This document shows, one piece after another, positions 59,244-64,000 of a DNA stretch of 64,000 bases; the first letter of the stretch is position 1, and the number at the start of each line of letters is the position of its first letter. The DNA comes from an uncultured bacterium. GTDB taxonomy: Bacteria; Actinomycetota; Acidimicrobiia; Spongiisociales; UBA5794. The stretch spans positions 448,001 through 512,000 of the forward strand of contig CAWDDT010000006.1 in assembly GCA_963801165.1 (NCBI GenBank), in the 5' to 3' direction. A program made the translations under genes and the position numbers. The notes beneath the pieces are model-generated. The model was not told the DNA's origin. It made no database searches and worked only from the letters and a program-made list of their open reading frames with translations.

Positions 59244-60516
59244 TGCTTTCCCCCTTTGCAACGAGGACGAGGCGGCTGAACTCATTGCCGCGCTCGATGT
59301 AGGAACCAAACATGTCGAAGCTGGCACAGCCGGGGGCAAGGAGCACGGTGTCTCCGGAACGGGCAACCTGGTCGGCCATGGCTACGGCGTCGCTCAGATC
59401 GCGGGCATTCAGGAACCGCGCCGGGTCGGTGACCGCTTCCAACTCGGCTGCAGCCTCGCCGATGCCGATCACCTTGCGCACCGCAGGCGAAGCAACGATC
59501 GGCGCCAGGTCGAGACCTTTGTTGCGGCCCCCCGCGATCAGCACGACGGACTCATAGGCCGCTACCGAGGCGACGGCGGCATGCGGGTTGGTCGCCTTCG
59601 AGTCGTTCACCCAGGTGACCCCATCCCAGCTGCCTACCACAGTTCGCCTGTGCGTACCCGGGCGAAAGGTGGCGAGCGTATAGCCGATGCCCGTGCTGGT
59701 GGCACCGAGATTCGTGGCCAGCTCACCGGCGGCAATCAGATCCATGGTGTACGCCCGGTCGAGCGACGGTCGCGGATAGCTCTCCCCGGCAATGACGAGC
59801 GTGTCGCCTTCGACACCGCCACCCCCGCTGGGACGGGTGCTCCCGCTCACCGGAACAAGCCGTGACGGTGCTCCGGCGACCGCCGCGACCGCACCGGGGT
59901 CGTCGCTGTCGTAAACCAGGATGTCTGCCGCCGTCTGGTTCTCGAAGATCCGTTGTTTCGACGCGACATACTCGGCCATGTCCCGGTGCCAGTCGAGATG
60001 GTCGGGGGCAATGTTCAGGATCGCCGCGGCAACCGGATGGAAACTGTCGATGAAGCGCAGCTGGAAGCTGGACGCCTCGATCACCAGGAGCTCAGGCGTG
60101 TCGCCGACGGCCACGTCGGAGAGGGCGTTGCCGATGTTGCCCGCCGCCACCGCGTCGCGACCGGACGCTCGCAACATATCGGCGGCCACGGACGTGACCG
60201 TCGTCTTGCCGTTGGTTCCGGTCACAGCAGCGTAGGTGACGTCCATGGAGGCGACCGCGTACTCCATCTCACTGACGAGGGGGAGACCCGACGCCAGCAC
60301 CTCGGGAATGGCGCCGACGTGCTCGGGAAAGCCCGGGCTCGTCACTACGAGGTCGACCCCATCGAGGAAGGCCGTTCGCCACTCCCCCGTGTGTATCGTC
60401 AAATCCCCTGCGGGGACGCGACGCCGATCGTACAGAAGAACATCGTCGCCCCGGCTGACGGTGAGGCGCGCCGCGGCCAGGCCGCTAACGGCGGCACCGA
60501 GCACGAGCACCCTCAC
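59233..60516 (-). CDS. murD: UDP-MurNAc-L-Ala--D-glutamate ligase
   Basis: TGTNGKTT, EASSFQL, DHLDWH, NDSKATN, APGCASFD; GTG start at 60516. Confidence 0.96.
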   Translation of the reverse strand: MRVLVLGAAVSGLAAARLTVSRGDDVLLYDRRRVPAGDLTIHTGEWRTAFLDGVDLVVTSPGFPEHVGAIPEVLASGLPLVSEMEYAVASMDVTYAAVTGTNGKTTVTSVAADMLRASGRDAVAAGNIGNALSDVAVGDTPELLVIEASSFQLRFIDSFHPVAAAILNIAPDHLDWHRDMAEYVASKQRIFENQTAADILVYDSDDPGAVAAVAGAPSRLVPVSGSTRPSGGGGVEGDTLVIAGESYPRPSLDRAYTMDLIAAGELATNLGATSTGIGYTLATFRPGTHRRTVVGSWDGVTWVNDSKATNPHAAVASVAAYESVVLIAGGRNKGLDLAPIVASPAVRKVIGIGEAAAELEAVTDPARFLNARDLSDAVAMADQVARSGDTVLLAPGCASFDMFGSYIERGNEFSRLVLVAKGESNGN

Positions 60517-61571
60517 GGCAAACCCCCTGTGGTCTTGATTAGGAAATCGGCGTAGAACACACCTACACCGATGGCGACGCCGAGCCCGGCAAGGATCCAG
60601 AAGCGGATGATGATGGTTGTCTCTGGCCACCCTTTCATCTCGAAGTGATGGTGGATCGGGGCGATCTTGAAGATTCGCTTGCCCCAGACCCGAAATGTGA
60701 AGATCTGGAGAATCACCGAGACCGCCTCCATGACATAGAGCCCCCCGAGCGGGATCAACAGCAGCTGGGTGTTGGTGAGCAGGGCCATCGCGGCCAGAGC
60801 TCCGCCGATGGCTTGCGAGCCGGTGTCTCCCATGATGATGCGAGCCGGCGCCGCATTCCACCACAGAAATCCGAGCACAGCGCCAACAACTGCTCCGGCC
60901 AACATGGCGAGGTCCTGAGCGCCGTCGACTTTGTAGAAGTTCAGGTTGCGGTATTGCCAGAACGCGATGAGCACATAGGCGCCAAATACCAGACCGGCGC
61001 TGCCGGCGACCAGCCCATCGAGCCCGTCGGTGAAGTTGACTGCGTTGGCGGCTCCGGTCAGTAGGAACAGGACCAGCAGGGCGTACAGCCACGGGCCGAG
61101 ATCGATACCGATACCGCGGGTAAATGAGAGCTCCGTGCTGGTGTCGAGCGCCACCGCACCCCAGGCGAAAAGGACGGCAACCACCAGCTGGCCGAGGAAT
61201 TTCCACCGTTTGGAGAGACCCATGTTCTGCTTGCGGGCGTGTTTGGCATAGTCGTCGAGGAAGCCAATCAGGCCCATCCCCACTAGAGCCATGAGGGCGA
61301 GAAGACCCTGACCGGGGAAGGCGAGAACCCGAAGGTTGAGACCGACACCCCACTCCCAGACGCGGATGTGGGCGAGCGTGAATCCGACGACAACGGCAAC
61401 GATGATCACCACACCACCCATGGTGGGCGTGCCCCTCTTGTGGTAGTGACCTTCGAGCTCTTGTTGGATGAACTGTCCGATGTTGCGGTCTCGCAGCACC
61501 CTGATCGCGACCGGGGTCGCGAAAAGTGAGATGACAAAGGCGATGGCGACCGCGATCAGGATCGATATCAC
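60513..61571 (-). CDS. mraY: Phospho-MurNAc-pentapeptide transferase
   Basis: GTPTMGG, GFLDDY, NAVNFTDGLDGL, MGDTGS, APIHHHFE. Confidence 0.98.
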   Translation of the reverse strand: MISILIAVAIAFVISLFATPVAIRVLRDRNIGQFIQQELEGHYHKRGTPTMGGVVIIVAVVVGFTLAHIRVWEWGVGLNLRVLAFPGQGLLALMALVGMGLIGFLDDYAKHARKQNMGLSKRWKFLGQLVVAVLFAWGAVALDTSTELSFTRGIGIDLGPWLYALLVLFLLTGAANAVNFTDGLDGLVAGSAGLVFGAYVLIAFWQYRNLNFYKVDGAQDLAMLAGAVVGAVLGFLWWNAAPARIIMGDTGSQAIGGALAAMALLTNTQLLLIPLGGLYVMEAVSVILQIFTFRVWGKRIFKIAPIHHHFEMKGWPETTIIIRFWILAGLGVAIGVGVFYADFLIKTTGGLP

Positions 61572-62896
61572 GCGTCCACCTCCGCCGCCAGGCGCAACGC
61601 CAGGCCCTCCAGACCGACAGCGCGGGACGCCTTGACCAGCACGACGTCTCCGTCGTCGACGAGCCCGGTCACAATTCTGTAGGCGGCATCCGGATCGGTG
61701 ACATTGCGCCCGATGGCGCCCGCTCCAGCAGCGATGCCCGGTTCGTCACCGATCGTGATCACATTGGCGAAGCCCAGGTCGGCGGCCAGCCGGCCGATCC
61801 GTTCGTGCTCGGTCCGTTCGATCGGGCCAAGCTCTGCCATGGTGCCGAGGACGGCGATGTGGCGTCCCGGCATCTCTGCCACTGTTCTCATCGCTGCTTC
61901 CACTGAATCCGGGTTTGCGTTGTAAGCATCATTGACCACGGTGAATCGTCCGCGGTGGATTTCCATCCGCCACTGGGAACCCGTGGCAGATTCGAGACCG
62001 GAACAGAGCGTGTCCAGATCGACCCCGACGGCGAGCCCTGCCCCCACCGCTGCCGCAGCGTTCAGGGCCTGGTGGGCACCGGCGATCCGCAGCCGGAGGG
62101 AAAGCGAACGGCCGCCTGCGGCCAGGTCGAACGTGGGATAGCCGTGATCGTCGACGACGACGTTGCCAACACGGACATCGGCGCCGTCCTCGATGCCAAA
62201 GGTCACGACGGGGCCACGACGATCACGGTGAAGGCGGGGCTCGGCTGCCGGAACGACAGCGGTTCCTGCCGGGTCGAGTGAGGCGATCAGCTCGTACTTG
62301 GCGTCCGCGAGGTCGTCGGTCGTGCCGAACGTCTCCAAATGGACGACGCCGAGGTTTGTGACTATTGCCACATCGGGACGCACCGCCGGCATGAGATATG
62401 TGATGTGCCCCCGTCCTCTCGAGCCGACTTCAACGACCAGATAGCGGGCATCCTTGGGGGCGCCCAGCACGGTGAGGGGTACCCCGACCTCGTTGTTGAA
62501 CGAGCGTGGCGACGCCCAGGCTCCGGGCAACGCCGCCGCCAGCAGGTCTTTCGTCGATGTCTTCCCGGACGAGCCGGTGACGGCGACCACGGGCACATCG
62601 ATGTCGCGGCGTGCGATGGCCGCGAGATCACGCAGAACCTGCAACGTATCGGCTGCGACGATCCGCGGTATCCCGGAAACGTCGGTCCGGCTGGTGACCA
62701 CAGCAACGGCGCCGGCCGCGACCGCGTCGGTGACGAAGGCGTTCCCGTCGAACGCCTCCCCGGCAATCGCTATGAAGAGGTCACCGGGAGCAACGGCGCG
62801 TGAATCGGTGGTGACCCGGGTGACCGTGACTCCCGAGTCGTCCCGGGCCTCGAGGCCCAGGTCTGCTGCAAGCGACGCCAGCAGGCGCGGGATCAT
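61568..62896 (-). CDS. murF: UDP-MurNAc-tripeptide--D-Ala-D-Ala ligase
   Basis: TGSSGKTSTK, SFNNEVG, NDAYNANP, VKASR. Confidence 0.97.
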   Translation of the reverse strand: MIPRLLASLAADLGLEARDDSGVTVTRVTTDSRAVAPGDLFIAIAGEAFDGNAFVTDAVAAGAVAVVTSRTDVSGIPRIVAADTLQVLRDLAAIARRDIDVPVVAVTGSSGKTSTKDLLAAALPGAWASPRSFNNEVGVPLTVLGAPKDARYLVVEVGSRGRGHITYLMPAVRPDVAIVTNLGVVHLETFGTTDDLADAKYELIASLDPAGTAVVPAAEPRLHRDRRGPVVTFGIEDGADVRVGNVVVDDHGYPTFDLAAGGRSLSLRLRIAGAHQALNAAAAVGAGLAVGVDLDTLCSGLESATGSQWRMEIHRGRFTVVNDAYNANPDSVEAAMRTVAEMPGRHIAVLGTMAELGPIERTEHERIGRLAADLGFANVITIGDEPGIAAGAGAIGRNVTDPDAAYRIVTGLVDDGDVVLVKASRAVGLEGLALRLAAEVDA

Positions 62897-64000
62897 GTGG
62901 CGTCTCCCTCGAGTCGAGCCAGCTCTTCCCTGGCTACAGCAGAGTCGTCAAACGGCAGCGTCCGGTCTGCGAACTCCTGGCCGGTTTCGTGGCCTTTACC
63001 GAGAATCAGCACGGCATCTCCCGGAACGGCCTGCTCGAGGGCGCCCTTGATGGCCAGCCGCCGGTCGGGCTCCACCGTCACGTCGATCCCGGCAGGGACA
63101 CCGGAAAGCATCTGCGCCTCGATGTCCTTCGGGTTCTCCGAGCGCGGGTTGTCGGTGGTCACAACGGCGACGTCGGCGACGGTGAGAGCGCGGCCCATCA
63201 GCGGGCGCTTCTCCCGATCACGGTCACCCCCGGCGCCGACGATGGCGATAACCCTGCCTTTGATCAGATTGCGTGTCTCGGCGATGACGCTGGCAATGGC
63301 GTCGGGGGTGTGGGCATAGTCGACGACGACCCAGATCCCGCGGTCGTTGGGGATGGTGTTGTATCTGCCGGGCACGGGCGGCATGGCGGCGAGGCGGGCA
63401 ACCGAACCATCGAGATCCCACCCCTGCAACCGGGCGCAGGTGAGCGCGACCGCGGCGTTGGCGACATTGAAACGACCGGCGAGAGCGATGATCACGTCGA
63501 CCGTCCTCGCGGCGATGTCCAGTGAGAACTCTGTGTGCTCCGGCGTCTCGCGGCCGAGGTGAACGGTCACGTCACAGGTGTCCTCGGTCCCTACCGTGAT
63601 GATCGGCAGTGCGGTCTCCTCCGAGAGGCGCTTGCCCCAGGCATTGTCGGTCCAGATGACCGCCTGCGGTGCCCACCGTCTGGCGAAAAGCTTCGCCTTG
63701 GCCGCGTAGTACTGCTCCATCGTGTGGTGGTAGTCGAGGTGGTCCTGAGAGAGATTGGTGAAGGCGACCAGATCGAACTCGGTCCCGTTGACACGACCGA
63801 GCTCCATGGCGTGTGACGACACTTCCATCGCAACGTCTGTGATTCGGCCTCGATCGAGCAAACTGCGGAAGATACGTTGCAGATCGCTCGACTCTGGCGT
63901 GGTTCGCGGCGAGACATCCAGATCGTCGAGGTTGGCGCTGACAGTGCCAATTACGGCCATCTCCCGGCCGGTGGCAGGCGCCATCGCCGCCAGCATGTGT
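62893..64000 (-). CDS. murE: UDP-MurNAc-dipeptide--diaminopimelate ligase, 3' part (5' end outside the window)
   Basis: TTPE, MEVSSH, DHLDYH, DYAHTPD, GKGHE and the DNPR motif typical of mDAP specificity. Confidence 0.96.
   Translation of the reverse strand, partial: HMLAAMAPATGREMAVIGTVSANLDDLDVSPRTTPESSDLQRIFRSLLDRGRITDVAMEVSSHAMELGRVNGTEFDLVAFTNLSQDHLDYHHTMEQYYAAKAKLFARRWAPQAVIWTDNAWGKRLSEETALPIITVGTEDTCDVTVHLGRETPEHTEFSLDIAARTVDVIIALAGRFNVANAAVALTCARLQGWDLDGSVARLAAMPPVPGRYNTIPNDRGIWVVVDYAHTPDAIASVIAETRNLIKGRVIAIVGAGGDRDREKRPLMGRALTVADVAVVTTDNPRSENPKDIEAQMLSGVPAGIDVTVEPDRRLAIKGALEQAVPGDAVLILGKGHETGQEFADRTLPFDDSAVAREELARLEGDAT

Noticed and set aside
49686-64000. Absence of ftsA in the dcw cluster
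   Set aside because: Normal for Actinobacteria, where SepF anchors FtsZ.

Overview
High-GC actinobacterial chromosome segment, most consistent with Acidimicrobiia (inferred from a 4-domain S1, SepF without FtsA, murB inside the dcw cluster, and a translational ileS T-box). It is mostly core genome. In order: partial cpaB; rpsA and polA; two paralogous tadE-tadG-like cassettes; tRNA-Leu(CAA); a trp cluster split by cytochrome c, two-component and ygfZ genes; ccdA, MFS, MATE, nth, xpt, a long ThyX, hisN-like, an ArsA/Get3 pair, dnaE, two phosphofructokinases, WS/DGAT, rluD-lspA-dksA-like-yggU; a five-gene signalling cassette (REC-HDOD, REC-degenerate HD, PAS/GAF kinase, 73-aa protein, FIST-like DUF6976 protein); T-box-ileS; and the dcw cluster from divIVA to partial murE. 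No transposase, integrase or CRISPR array was seen. Three signals stand out. (1) About ten unrelated short tandem arrays sit mostly on stop codons, start codons or a predicted transcription start. (2) The DUF6976/73-aa/kinase/HDOD cassette is a candidate uncharacterised sensory system. (3) Sigma28-like promoters precede both Tad cassettes and that signalling cassette. All family assignments come from reading motifs by eye; no searches were run.
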